A stretch of 64,000 nucleotides of DNA from Octopus vulgaris. Lineage: Eukaryota. The stretch lies in assembly GCA_951406725.2 (NCBI GenBank), contig OX597823.1, positions 108,624,001-108,688,000 on the forward strand, written 5' to 3'. The translations under genes were made by a program, and so were the position numbers. Positions 1 through 12,019 of the stretch are shown in pieces. Each line of letters begins with the position of its first letter. Position 1 is the stretch's first letter. The notes under the pieces are model-generated. The model was not told the origin of the DNA, searched no databases, and saw only the letters and a program-made list of their open reading frames with translations.

Positions 1-214
1 AGAAAATGAAATGCTCACAGCTCAAACAAAGTCCCCAGAAATAATAAAAAACGACTTATAATAAACTAAGCATTTTCTGCAGATCTCTTACTCAACATAT
101 ATTGCTTATTCGAAAACTGAAATAGAGAAATGAAAAGAACATTCCACTTATATAAAGCAACTGAATATATATATGTATATATGTATATATGTATATATAT
201 ATATATATATAAAA

Positions 215-430
215 TCAAAATAAGGGGAAAAAAATTGGATATTAATTTAATAACATCAATTTAACATCAAGTGGTTTAGCGCATAAAAAACTGAGATTCA
301 GTAAATATTAGAATTGTTCATAGTTGTGCTAAATTTTTCTTGAGAACAATTCTTAGTGGTTGAGACCATTACGGATCTATTTTTAGCGTAAGAGCGTCCA
401 CATAGTGGATTCTCTCTCATATTTGTGTAC
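215..430. mobile_element. Penelope-like pseudo-LTR fragment in inverted configuration (same family as 1045-1662)
   Basis: 215-300 is the reverse complement of ~1570-1660, while 320-430 is a direct diverged copy of ~1450-1560. It is flanked by (TA)n. Confidence 0.5.
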
Positions 431-482
431 TATATATATATATATATAGAGAGAGAGAGATACATATATATACATACGTATA

Positions 483-548
<66 letters not shown>

Positions 549-958
549 TGTGTGTGTGTGTAATTAGTAAAGGATTTCTCCAAACGCTTACCAGTTTTCT
601 CACAGTTATTTAATATAGGTTATTCAATGGTTAGTATATAAATCCAGTAATAATTCTTATGTGATAAGAATTCAGAGATATATTCCATTAGATTATTCCA
701 AATATATTACCTTTAACCATATAGGTTTCCTGGAGTATTTAATATCAATAGTAATAATGATAACAACAACAATGGCAACAGCAACAACGATAATAATAAC
801 TAGCTGGACCCACGCAAAATTCACAGAAAATAAAAAAAAATGTGAACATCTGTAAATTGTGTGCTGGTGCCATGAGAAATGTTTCTATACTGTGATAGTT
901 ACAGAATATAGTAAGAAGTGTAAAACCGATAACTATATAATCCAGCCAAAATATCACG

Positions 959-990
<32 letters not shown>

Positions 991-991
<1 letters not shown>

Positions 992-1033
992 CCCATGCTA
1001 GCATGGAGAACGGACGTTAAACGATGATGATGA
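991..1033 (+). mobile_element. Extreme 3' tail of RTE-clade LINE (5'-truncated)
   Basis: acccatgctagcatggagaacggacgttaaac(gat)n matches the 3' end of the ORF-bearing copy at 19424-20316. It sits inside (TA)n. Confidence 0.8.
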
Positions 1034-1044
1034 TATATATATAT

Positions 1045-1662
1045 ATACGTAAATATAAGAGAGTGACCACTATGTGGTCGACTCTAGCACTAAAAATAGA
1101 TCCGCTACGGTTTCAGCCACAAAGAATTGTTTCCGATGAAAGTTAACACAACTATTAGCGTAAATGAACAGGGCAAAATAAAATTTTTGATGTAGTATCT
1201 GTTTCCGTGAATTTTGGCGGGGGCACTTGAATTATAATGGCGAATGCAATCGACTGAACCACATGTGTGTTTATCGTTATGGTAAAATCTGGCAGGTGGT
1301 TGAGTAAATTGTATTCTAGACAAATTCAGCTGAGGAGCTACAGATATGTTATGTGAGTAAAATTACATAATTTATTAATAGCGAAACAATTTTCCTGAAT
1401 TAATCTGCATTTTTGTTATTTTTTATTTTTCCCTGTTCGTTTACACTAATAGTTGTGCTAATTTTCATTGGAAACAATTCTTCATGGCTGAAACTGTAGC
1501 GGATCTATTTTTAGTGCTAGAGTCGACCACATACTGGTCACTCTCTTATATTTACGTATAAAATTTATTGTATTCCTGGTTTTTATTGCACTAAGCCACT
1601 TGGTGTTAAATTGATGGTACTATTAAATTAGTATCCAATTTTCTCACCCTTATTAGTTGATT
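1045..1662. mobile_element. Penelope-like element fragment with ~140 bp inverted repeats
   Basis: 1045-1185 and ~1420-1560 are reverse complements. The arms carry GAAAC(C/T)GTA, a hammerhead-like 3' half. (TA)n flanks. Confidence 0.55.
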
Positions 1663-1684
1663 ATATATATATATATATATATGT

Positions 1685-1917
1685 TTTATCTTCTATCTTT
1701 TATCTTTTACCTGTTGTAAGTCATTAGACTGCGGCCATGCTGGGGCACCACCTTGAATTTTTAGTCGAATGAATCCACCTCAGTACTTATTTTTTAAGCT
1801 TGGTAATTATTCTATCCATCTCTTTTTGCTGATCTGCTAAGTTACAGGCATTTAAACACACCAACACCAGTTGTCAAGTGGTGATGGGGGAACAACCACA
1901 GACACACACACACATAG

Positions 1918-1948
<31 letters not shown>

Positions 1949-2106
1949 CGACAAGCTTCTTTCAGTTTCTGTCTACCAAATTCACTCAGAAGGCTTTGCT
2001 TGGCTGAGGCTATAGTAGAAGAAACTTGTCCAAAGTGCCATGCAGTGGGACTGAACCTGGAACCACATGGTTGGGAAGCAAGTGTGTTTACCACGCAGCC
2101 ACACTT
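1685..2106 (-). mobile_element. tRNA-derived SINE family A (diverged copy)
   Basis: Homologous to 2332-2720, 6966-7370 and 13348-13754. Has A/B-box-like head, internal (TA/TG)n and a repetitive tail. Confidence 0.85.
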
Positions 2107-2331
2107 TGCATATATATAATGTGTGTGTGTGTATGTGCGTATGGTTGAAGTTTAGTAGGATAACATGATAACACCATTAGTAGGATAGGTAAGGAGAAAG
2201 AGGAAAAGAAGAGGATAAAATAAAGTAAAATAAAATGAAATACAATAAGAGTTGGCAGAGTGATAGGAATTGTCTGTGATAGGCTGATGGACATAAAAAT
2301 TTTAAATGTTTGTGGATTTCAAAGCTTTAAA

Positions 2332-2720
2332 GGTGTAGGAGTGGCTGTGCGGTAAGTAGCTTGCTTACCAACCATATGGTTCCAGGTTCAGTCCCACTGC
2401 GTGGCACCTTGGGCAAGTGTCTTCTACTATAGCCTCGGGCTGACCAAAGCCTTTTGAGTGGATTTGGTAGACGGAAACTGAAAGAAGCATATATATATAT
2501 ATATATATATATGCATGTGTGTGTTTGTGTGTTTGTGTTTGTCTCCCTAGCATTGCTTGACAACCGTTACTTAGCGGTTCGGCAAAAGAGACCGATAGAA
2601 TAAGTACTGGGCTTACAAAAGAATAAGTCCCAGGGTCGAGTTGCTCGATTAAAGGCGGTGCTCCAGCATGGCCGCAGTCAAATGACTGAAACAAGTAAAA
2701 GAGTAAAAGAGTAAAGAGTA
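2332..2720 (+). mobile_element. tRNA-derived SINE family A
   Basis: Head ggtgtaggagtggctgtgcggtaag...ggttcagtccc (pol III A/B boxes), ccttgggcaagt core, internal microsatellite, (gagtaaaa)n tail. About 10 copies in the window. Confidence 0.9.
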
Positions 2721-3219
2721 AAGGTTCAAGGGTATAAAAGTTTAAAAGTTTAAAATTGTGTAAAGTTTTGTGTCTGGGGAGAGTCATTATGCCACTATTA
2801 TTAACACACACACTGGTTCAATTCTGCTCTTTTATTATTAGTCAATTGGCTAAAAAGCCAACAATAACTAGTTGGTTGTTTTTTTAATTTGGTTAATCAG
2901 TAAGTCATTTGTTTTGTTTTTGTTTGTTGAAGCTATTTACAACCTTTTCAATGAATGTTGACTTAGTCCGTTAGTTAGTTGGATATTTAACCAGCTGACT
3001 AATAATGAAGGTGCGGAATTGGACCAATGCATATGTTGATAATATTGGGCATAATGATTCTCCCTAGACACAACAAAATTTGCTTCAACACTCAAATTCA
3101 CATAAAGAATCTTACAAACCAGATACAAAAACGAAGATTTATAAGAAGTTAATAGATATAGTAGTAGATAGGTAGAGATTTAAAATAGACACACACATTG
3201 ATCACTTAGTCAATCATTT

Positions 3220-3226
3220 GATAGAC

Positions 3227-3301
<75 letters not shown>

Positions 3302-3305
3302 TAGA

Positions 3306-3393
<88 letters not shown>

Positions 3394-3570
3394 CATGTAA
3401 ATAAATAGACATCTAGATAAATACAGCTACATAGTGCAGTAGGTAGATAAAATGATATCTATCTACCTGTTGGTCGCTCTGTCTATCTATCTATCTATTG
3501 ACTTATCTATTTGTCTATCAATTGATTGATCAAGCGATCGATCTATCTGTCAGTCTATTTATCTATCAAT
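3220..3570. repeat. (GATA)n microsatellite followed by an inverted, degenerate (TATC)n tract
   Basis: Read directly. The strand switch is near 3454. Confidence 0.9.
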
Positions 3571-3886
3571 CTCTTTGCTTTTATACCTACTTCTATATCA
3601 ATAAACCTTTTGTACAATTTTAAACTTTTAAGCTTCTATATCCACAAACCTTTAAAGCTTTTATATCCATAAAATTTTAAAATATTTTATTCCCATCAAC
3701 CTATCGCAGAAAATTAAACCTCCTTCATCTCTAGAACATTTTATTGCATTTTATATTGTTTCACTTTATTTTCTTTCATTTTCCTCTTATGTTTTATCTT
3801 GTTTTACCTAACTTTATTTGATTTGATTTGATATTCTTTCTTTCATCTTACTTCTTATGTATTGTACTAACAACATTAACCCCTGT

Positions 3887-3950
<64 letters not shown>

Positions 3951-3953
<3 letters not shown>

Positions 3954-4056
3954 GACTGGCCTGGTGCAGCCTTCGGGCTCCCCAGACCCCAGTTGAACCG
4001 TCCAACCCATGCTAGCATGGAAAACGGACGCTAAATGATGATGATGATGATGATGA
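3951..4056 (+). mobile_element. RTE LINE 3' tail
   Basis: ...ccaacccatgctagcatggaaaacggacgctaaat(gat)n directly after (TA)n. Confidence 0.85.
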
Positions 4057-4074
4057 AATGCATTTGTATACACA

Positions 4075-4158
4075 GGTGTGGTAAGTAGCTTGCTTACCAA
4101 CCACATGGTCCCGGGTTCAGTCCCACTGCATGGCACCTTAGGCAGGTGTCTTCTACTA
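4075..4158 (+). mobile_element. SINE family A head fragment
   Basis: Matches the 5' part of family A copies. Confidence 0.8.
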
Positions 4159-4616
4159 GAGATTCTACTAGAGTAGATGTAAGTGCTAATATATGATTTA
4201 TAAAAACGTGATATATTAATAAAAAATCTGTAAATGTACAACCATCCAGATTTCTGAGTACCTTATTTTTTCTTATATCTATATATATATATATATATAA
4301 TTCATGACTTGCAAGACATTAGCTCAGAGTTTCATAGGTACAAAAGAACATGTTAAATCAATTGACTGATTGCTTCCATACCCCTGATACCGTGTGATGA
4401 CTGTCTTAGCCATTAACTACCTACCTACAAATATATATTCTCCATGATGTATACAATGCACTTCTCTTTCACTTGTATACATAAACATATGTGAATTTAT
4501 GTGTGCACATATATATAAATTTATACATATATGCATATGTGTGTGTATATTTCCTCATGCTAGGTTCACTACAAAAGAAAAATAAATAAATTGAACAGCC
4601 ACAAAAACCATCCTTA

Positions 4617-4867
4617 ATATTATTATTATTATTATTATTATTGTTATTATTATTATCATTATTTTTATTATTATTATTTTTATTATTATTATTTTTATTA
4701 TTATTATTTTTATTTTTATTTTTATTATTATTATTATTATCATTATTTTTATTATTATTATTTTTTTTATTATTATTATCATTATTTTTATTATTATTAT
4801 TTTTATTATTATTATTATTGTTATTATTATTATTATTATCATTATTTTTATTATTATTATTATTATT

Positions 4868-4903
<36 letters not shown>

Positions 4904-4928
4904 ATTATTATTATTATTATTATTATTA
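4617..4928. repeat. (TTA)n/(TTG)n microsatellite
   Basis: Read directly. Confidence 0.95.
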
Positions 4929-5214
4929 GTATTTGAAAATACTAATAATAATAATTGTAAATGCAGCTAATTGAAAATAATTGTAAATGCAGCTATTTGG
5001 CACCTGTATTACAATGTGGATTTCAAAAACTGTAACAGGAAAAAGATAAAGTATATATAATATTTATTAAAAATGTTCCATTTTGATTTCCTTATGAGAA
5101 ATACTCCCACCTACGTATTGTGTCATATTTGTTACACACAGGAAATGCTTCAAAATTTATTTTTTGTCAAGCTGTATGCCTATCTGTTTATCCACCTACC
5201 AACTGACCTCTATC

Positions 5215-5610
5215 TGTATGTATGTATGTATGTACGTATGTACGTATGTATGTATGTACGTATTATATATGTATGTATGTATGTATGTATGTTTGTATGT
5301 ATGTATGTATGTATGTACGTATGTATGTATGTATGTATGTATGTATGTACGTACGTACATATGTATGTATGTATGTACGTATGTATGTATGTATGTATGT
5401 ATGTACGTACATATGATAGTATGTATATATGTATGTATGTATATATGTATGTATGTATGTATGTATGTACGTACGTACGTACGTATGTATGTATGTATGT
5501 ACGTATGTATATATGTATGTATGTATGTACGTATGATAGTATGTATGTATATATGTATGTACGTATGTATGTATGTACGTATTATATATGTATGTATGTA
5601 TGTATGTACG
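5215..5610. repeat. (TATG)n/(TACG)n microsatellite
   Basis: Read directly. Confidence 0.95.
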
Positions 5611-5989
5611 TATCATTATTTTTCTGTCTCTATCTTTATCTCTTTCTCTTTCACCATATGTGTGTGTGTATGTGTGTATGCAGGTATGCGTGTATGTGTG
5701 TGTGTGTGTGTGTAATTTTGTATACGTATGCGTCCTCTTTTAGCCTTTCTATTGAAATTGCTTTGGTGACAAATAGTTACATTTACAATTATTTATTGTT
5801 TACACTGAATAAACATGTGTATACGTGGGGTTTTTTTCTCTGTGTGTGTGTGTGTGTGTATTTAAAGGAGCCTGTTTGTTACATATGTGTTTATTGGTAA
5901 ACATATGTGTGTTTGTGCTCATCAAACACAAACTATGTGTGATTGTCGGTTTTTTTAGATATGTACATCTGTCACCAGAAGTAAAACTT

Positions 5990-6390
5990 ACATTAAATTG
6001 TTTCAGTGTGAATTCTTTTGGGTGTTGTTTAAAAAATGTTAAAGATAAACTATTCCCACATATTTTACAGTTATAAGGTTTTTCTCCAGTGAGATGGCGC
6101 TTGTGGATAACAAGTTTTGAAATCTCAATGAAAGATTTCCCACATAATTCAGCGAAATGGTTTTGCTCCACTGCTTATTCTTTTGTGTTTTGTTAAAACA
6201 TTGTTATAGATAAAATATTTTCCACATATCTCAGACTGGAATGCTCTTCCTCCTATTGTGTATTTCTTTGTGAAAGATGACTTCATATTTTGACAAGAAT
6301 GTTTTCCTACAAACCTCACACTGACATTCAGCAATATATATGTCTAAAGGGTTTTGTTAAGTAAATATCTTACTGCGTAAAGGTTTCCCA
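5990..6390 (-). pseudogene. Decayed tandem C2H2 zinc-finger array (about 4 fingers)
   Basis: Frameshifted segments CEVCRKTF...HKEIH, EICGKYF...[14 protein letters not shown] and LCGKSF...[28 protein letters not shown] linker present, several Cys/His ligands lost. Confidence 0.8.
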
Positions 6391-6650
6391 TCACAACATT
6401 ATTGTCAAGCTGGTTGGCTATCTTTTAGTTAAGAGACCCCAAAATCTCTTACACTTAAACTTTGCAATACCCATCAAAAAATCCCAAGGTCAGACATTGA
6501 AGATAGCTGGTCTGCATATTGAGAATCCTTATTTCTCATATAGTCTGTGATACATCTTGGATGTTCCAGTGTTGGATGGCTGAAAAATCCTTATGTCAGT
6601 ATTCAGGAAGGGAAAAAAATGCATAAAGATTATTTATCAGGAAACCTTTC
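6385..6650 (+). mobile_element. Helitron PIF1-like helicase C-terminal remnant (possible 3' end CTAG at ~7645-7648)
   Basis: Translates to LNFAIPIKKSQGQTLKIAGLHIENPYFSYSL*Y/LGCSSVG. This matches the Helitron/PIF1 motifs FAMTINKSQGQT and FSHGQLYVACSRV. Confidence 0.75.
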
Positions 6651-6857
6651 ACAGAGATCTGATTACCTGTGTTTTAAGAGAACCATATATTTTTGTTACA
6701 GAGAATATAATGGTGTTACTTTTACAAATAATAAATTTATAGAGAAATACAATGATTATTCTTTAAGAAATTGACCACCAACTGCATCATCTCCTTCCTG
6801 AGCAATGTGAGATATCAGAAGAGTTTGTGTGTGAGTGTATGTGTGCATATATGTATG

Positions 6858-6895
<38 letters not shown>

Positions 6896-6927
6896 TATGT
6901 ATATGTCTGTGTGTGTGTATGTCTCAT

Positions 6928-6965
<38 letters not shown>

Positions 6966-6967
<2 letters not shown>

Positions 6968-7370
6968 CTCTTTTACTCTTTTACTTGTTTTTGTCATTTG
7001 ACTGCGGCCATGCTGGAGCACTGCCTTTAGTCGAGCAAATCGACCCTGGCACTTATTCTTTGTAAGCCCAGTACTTATTCTATCAGTCTCTTTTGCCGAA
7101 CCGCTAAGAGACGGGGACGTAAACACACCAGCATCGGTTGTCAAGCAATGCTAGGGGGACAAACACAGACACACAAACATATACACACACACTTATATAT
7201 ATATATACGACAGGCTTCTTTCAGTTTCCGTCTACCAAATCCACTCACAAGGCATTGGTCGGCCCGGGGCTATAGCAGAAGACACTTGCCCAAGATGCCA
7301 CGCAGTGGGACTGAACCCGGAACCATGTGGTTGGTTAGCAAGCTACTTACCACACAGCCACTCCTGCGCC
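6966..7370 (-). mobile_element. SINE family A, full length
   Basis: Near-identical to 13348-13754 and 56978-57392. Confidence 0.92.
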
Positions 7371-7734
7371 TAATAATAGAAATATGTTTCAAAAAGGAAA
7401 TCGAAACTACATGTGGAAAAGATATGAGGAAAGTAAGAACAAAAGAAGTGAAATGCACATTGGATATCAAAAAAATAAAGGCATTTTTATGAAAAGTAAT
7501 GATAGATATATATAATTAGATGAACTGAGTTAGAATTAAAGTCATTATTATGAATTGTTAAAGGGATTCAAAGTCATACCAGTTTCATCAATTACTGTTC
7601 ACTGGCTTTGAATGTGTACCGATTACCAAACAGTGTTGGATCTACTAGTCCCTGAGTATATATAACTCATCTGACATGATAAACAGCATGGAAATATGAC
7701 TAGAGATTCCACATGCTCATATATATTCAAATGA

Positions 7735-8035
7735 TTAATTTCTGGAAAGTTTTATAGATTTTTACAGTTCCAGTAATTGGTCTGTAGTCTTCAAATTAGC
7801 TTTCTCCTTTCTGGTTTTGAGAAACCTGATTTCTCAAGATGAGTATTTAGGCAGTCTTACATATCCTAGGGCCCCAATAATTACAGGAATAAACCCGAAC
7901 TTGTAATCTGGGTAGAGTAACTGCAGATTTCTCAATAGTTCAGCATAGGTATTCTCTTTTACCTTGATCTTCAGCTTTATATTAACACCTGCTGGGCAGC
8001 TGATTTCTGCAACTGTATGCAGTTTCTCTTTATTG
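7735..8035 (-). mobile_element. RLE-type non-LTR retrotransposon 3' fragment (R4/Dong-like)
   Basis: EKLHTVAEISCPAGVNIKLKIKVKENTYAELLRNLQLLYPDYKFGFIPVIIGALG resembles the C-terminus of a restriction-like endonuclease (compare IPIIVGALG at ~61600). Confidence 0.7.
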
Positions 8036-8543
8036 CATAACAGCTTCTAAATTGTATTCATGCCCCAATTACATTTTAAAAACCAGTCAGCTTTGATTAG
8101 CATATTTTAGTAAGATGTGTTCGAAGTTCTGTTATAGTCATCTCCTTCAATATGGAATTAAAAATTGTCAGATCAGCTTATGAGATATATACCAGTGACA
8201 TACTAACATATCAATAATCTGGAACAGTTATAATTGCTTCTTCTAAAAAAGTTTTAAAACTTCTGCAACTCATCTCATGACAACATTATTTGCAAGCTTA
8301 GAAAGGGCGGTGAAATCAGGTTATACTGGAAACTGCAAAGAAAACTCAGAGACTATCAAAATCTGTGAATTATTCAGAAATTTAAATGGTTTCTCCCAAT
8401 GTGTAAACTTTCACACCAGTGTTGTAATTTCAGGATTTATCATAAAAAAATTAAAAATCAGAATAGGTAAGTTATACATAAAATTAAGTACTTCATAAAT
8501 TTAGCAAGAAAACATACACATATATACATGTACATATACAAAA

Positions 8544-8598
<55 letters not shown>

Positions 8599-8626
8599 CA
8601 CACATATATATATATACACATATATA

Positions 8627-8792
8627 CTGGAGTAAACACATAAATGTGAAACAAGGTGGAAAAAAGAGTACTCAAATACCAGTGGTAGAGTAATATGCTT
8701 TATTTAAAGCGGCAAAAACTGTCCGACGAACGGCAACGTGAAACTCAGAGTAACAGGTTTTGTTGAATTTTCTGCTGCTTTAAATAAAGTAT
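8627..8792. mobile_element. Penelope-like pseudo-LTR, partly inverted
   Basis: Inverted repeat gctttatttaaagcggca / tgctgctttaaataaagt surrounds a hammerhead motif. (TA)n flanks. Confidence 0.65.
8716..8760 (+). ncRNA. Type I hammerhead ribozyme motif (core variant CCGACGA)
   Basis: Stem I ctgt/acag, core CCGACGA, stem II acg-GCAA-cgt, GAAA, stem III actc-a-gagt, predicted cleavage triplet GUA. Confidence 0.7.
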
Positions 8793-8796
8793 ACAC

Positions 8797-8858
<62 letters not shown>

Positions 8859-9753
8859 GTTTGTGTGCATGTGTTTGTACGTGAGTATGTGTGTGTGTAT
8901 GCATGCTTGTGTGTGTATATATATATATATACACACAACAGCTTTTACTCTGACATGTACGCTCACTAATATGTACCCACACATGCACAATAGAACATAG
9001 AATAACCAGTCTATCAATATTTTTCATTGCAGTTGCTGTGATTCCCTTTTGATTCACACACCCCTCCTTCCCCCCGCACCTCTCTCATTTCCTTTTTTTT
9101 CCGTTCTTTTTCTCCTCCCTCCAACCCTCGCCACTTCCTCACTTTTCTGCTCATTTCTTTATTCTTTTCTCTCAATAAAATATTTAATTTTATTTCTCGG
9201 CTATATTTAATTCAGTCAACGAATTCACTGGCCTTTCTTCTTACTTTGTCAGAACGAGTTTCTACTGTAACCACAAGGTTGCAAAGAGAGTTTCGTGCAG
9301 TGTGCAGTATATAGTGCAGACAGTTGCACTTTGAAACACCAATATGAACTAGTTAACACCTGCACATGTAGCAATGTACTAATGCTTAAGTGTGAGAACT
9401 ATAGCAAAGCAAGGGAATGTGCCACATCTGCAGGTGATTGAGGGGAGGGGAAGGGAGTTTCAAGGTAAAACAGGAAATCAAAGTCGTACATAATTTTCTA
9501 TGCATTTATAGGTTGATATGTATAAATATATACCACTATCGTCATCACTGTCGTCATCACCATCGTCATCACTGTCGTCATCATCAACACCATTGTCATT
9601 TTCACTCTGCTTTTTAATAGTAGCATTGGGTGGACTGTATATATGTGTGTATGTGTGTGTAAATGTATGCTTGTGTACATTTATATCTATTTGTATATAT
9701 GTATATGACAATGTATATACATATGTAAGTGTGGATATATATATATATATATA

Positions 9754-9798
<45 letters not shown>

Positions 9799-10499
9799 GA
9801 TAATACATATATATTTATATATGTATATCATAATACATATATATTCATACATCCATAAACACACACATATATATATTTATTTGCTCACTACACATACAAA
9901 CACATACACACACACACACACACACATACACTTATCCCTGATGCTAGATACAAAGCTCCACACACAAATACAAATTTACATTTGTGTTACTGAAGTCTAC
10001 ACCCATGTATGTATATCCACATAATACAAGCAAACGCTCATATTTATACATATGTATATACATCTGCATGTGTGTATATGTGTGTGTATGTATGTATGTA
10101 TGTATATATACTTGAATTAAATAAAGAAATTCTGATAATATCTGTTGTAAGTGTGTTTATACTCAACAATTTTCTATGTGTTATAATTTCTTTTTACACA
10201 CCTCTGTATACACTTACAGAAATTTATGGCCATACCTGATTATGAATATATTAAACATACGCATATATAATTCTGCATATAAGTGTGATTGCGCACACAT
10301 ACACATACCCATGCACACTCACACGTGCACACACACACACACAGAGATTTCTCTCTCCATCTGTTTTATCTCCTCATTCCTTTCTGAGAAGAGTATAGCC
10401 TTGAAACATGAAAGACTTGTTCCATTTTTCCTGACTGTCAGACTAATACAGCCTGTTTGTAGTTCTTTTTGAACCATGTGTATTTATATACATACATAC

Positions 10500-10510
10500 A
10501 CACACACACA

Positions 10511-10586
<76 letters not shown>
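10500..10586. repeat. (CA)n microsatellite
   Basis: Read directly. Confidence 0.95.
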
Positions 10587-10601
<15 letters not shown>

Positions 10602-10603
10602 GT

Positions 10604-10830
10604 ACATCGAGCAAGGTCGTTGCCAGTACCGCCTGACTGGCCCCCATGCCGGTACCATGTAAAAGCACCCACTACACTCTCGGAGTGGTTGGCATTAGGA
10701 AGGGCATCCAGCTGTAGAAACTCTGCCAGATCAAGACTGGGTCCTGGTGCAGCCATCTGGTTTGCCAGCCCACAGTCAAACCATCCAACCCATGCTAGCA
10801 TGGAAAGCAGACGTTAAACGATGATGATGA
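10604..10830 (+). mobile_element. RTE LINE 3' tail
   Basis: gtaaaagcacccactacactctcggagtggttggcattaggaagggcatccagc...(gat)n with (TA)n on both sides. Confidence 0.85.
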
Positions 10831-10940
10831 TATATATATATATATATATATATTTGTGTGTGTGTGTATGTATGTATATTTACAGATAGATAGATAGATA
10901 GATAGATAGATCGATGGATAAATAGATACATACATATACA

Positions 10941-11001
<61 letters not shown>

Positions 11002-11002
<1 letters not shown>

Positions 11003-11698
11003 AGGATGTGGTGAATGAACTGTTGTCTAAATTATACAAAAGTGAAAATAACACTGACATCTCATTTTAATATATATTTACCAAAATTACATAAAACTAT
11101 CTTGAGATACTAAAGTATTTCAAGATAGTTTTATGTAATTTTATGTAAATTTATTCAATAAAATCGCCATTGGCATCAACCACAGCTTCCAGACGATTTT
11201 AGAATCTCCTGCAAATTTTCAGGACAGCCTCCTTGTTTAAGTTGCTTGTTTAAGCTGCTTTCAGTTCACTTTTTGTTATTACAAGTAGTTTTGTTGGTCT
11301 CTCACTCAACTGCATCCAACACATAATAATCAAGAGGGTTGCAGTCTGGGGGATTATGTGGTCAGATGTTAAATGTGATGTGGTCAAAGAAATTGTCTGA
11401 CAGCCGTGACTGGGTTCTCCTGCTTGTTTTGAATAGTGCAGAGTCCTGTTGCCAGACATAGGGTCTTCTAGCAGCCACCCTCTTGACCCAGGGCAGCACT
11501 TCCTCCTCCAGGCACTTGATGTAGGCCCTGTGTCGAGTCTGATGCCATGTGGGAAGATGAATGGTGACATAATGTCACCATCACTAGTGATCACTCCAAA
11601 CACTATGATGTTGACTGGATGTTTGATTTTTATCCCTCTTGGTACATGTCCTCATACTGCACTGTCTTCAGATTGACACCCAAACACTCTGAAATGTT
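11002..11698 (-). mobile_element. Tc1/mariner superfamily (DD37D/maT-like) transposon relic, truncated
   Basis: Homologous to 56876-58144. Encodes VFGVITSDGDIMSPFIFP...WQQDS...PDCNPLDYY fragments. One TIR at 11002. Confidence 0.8.
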
Positions 11699-11729
11699 TG
11701 TATGTTAAGTATGAAAGTATCATATATTG

Positions 11730-11925
11730 GCGGCTTGAATTTTTTTACCTGTCTCCGTTTATTTTATTCTCTTTCCATTTTTTCACTCTTATTCCTTTGT
11801 GCTGAAGAGCGAAAGCCCGAAACATAAAAGACTTTTCCATTTTTCCTAAGCATTAAACTAATAAACCTTGTTGTTGTTTATACATCTTTCTTCGTCTTTT
11901 GTTTTTCTGTAAATTTGAACTATAG
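11730..11925 (+). mobile_element. Penelope-like pseudo-LTR with degenerate minimal hammerhead (11795-11830)
   Basis: cttt-GTGCTGA-A-gagc-gaaa-gccc-GAAAC-ATA-aaag. Homologous to 46010-46205. Confidence 0.55.
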
Positions 11926-12019
11926 TTATATTCTTGTTTGCATTTGTAATTGTATACCATGTTCTTTATTTTTGTTCTTGCTGCCATATACATTCACTAG
12001 TTTTCTTACAAAAAGTCTA

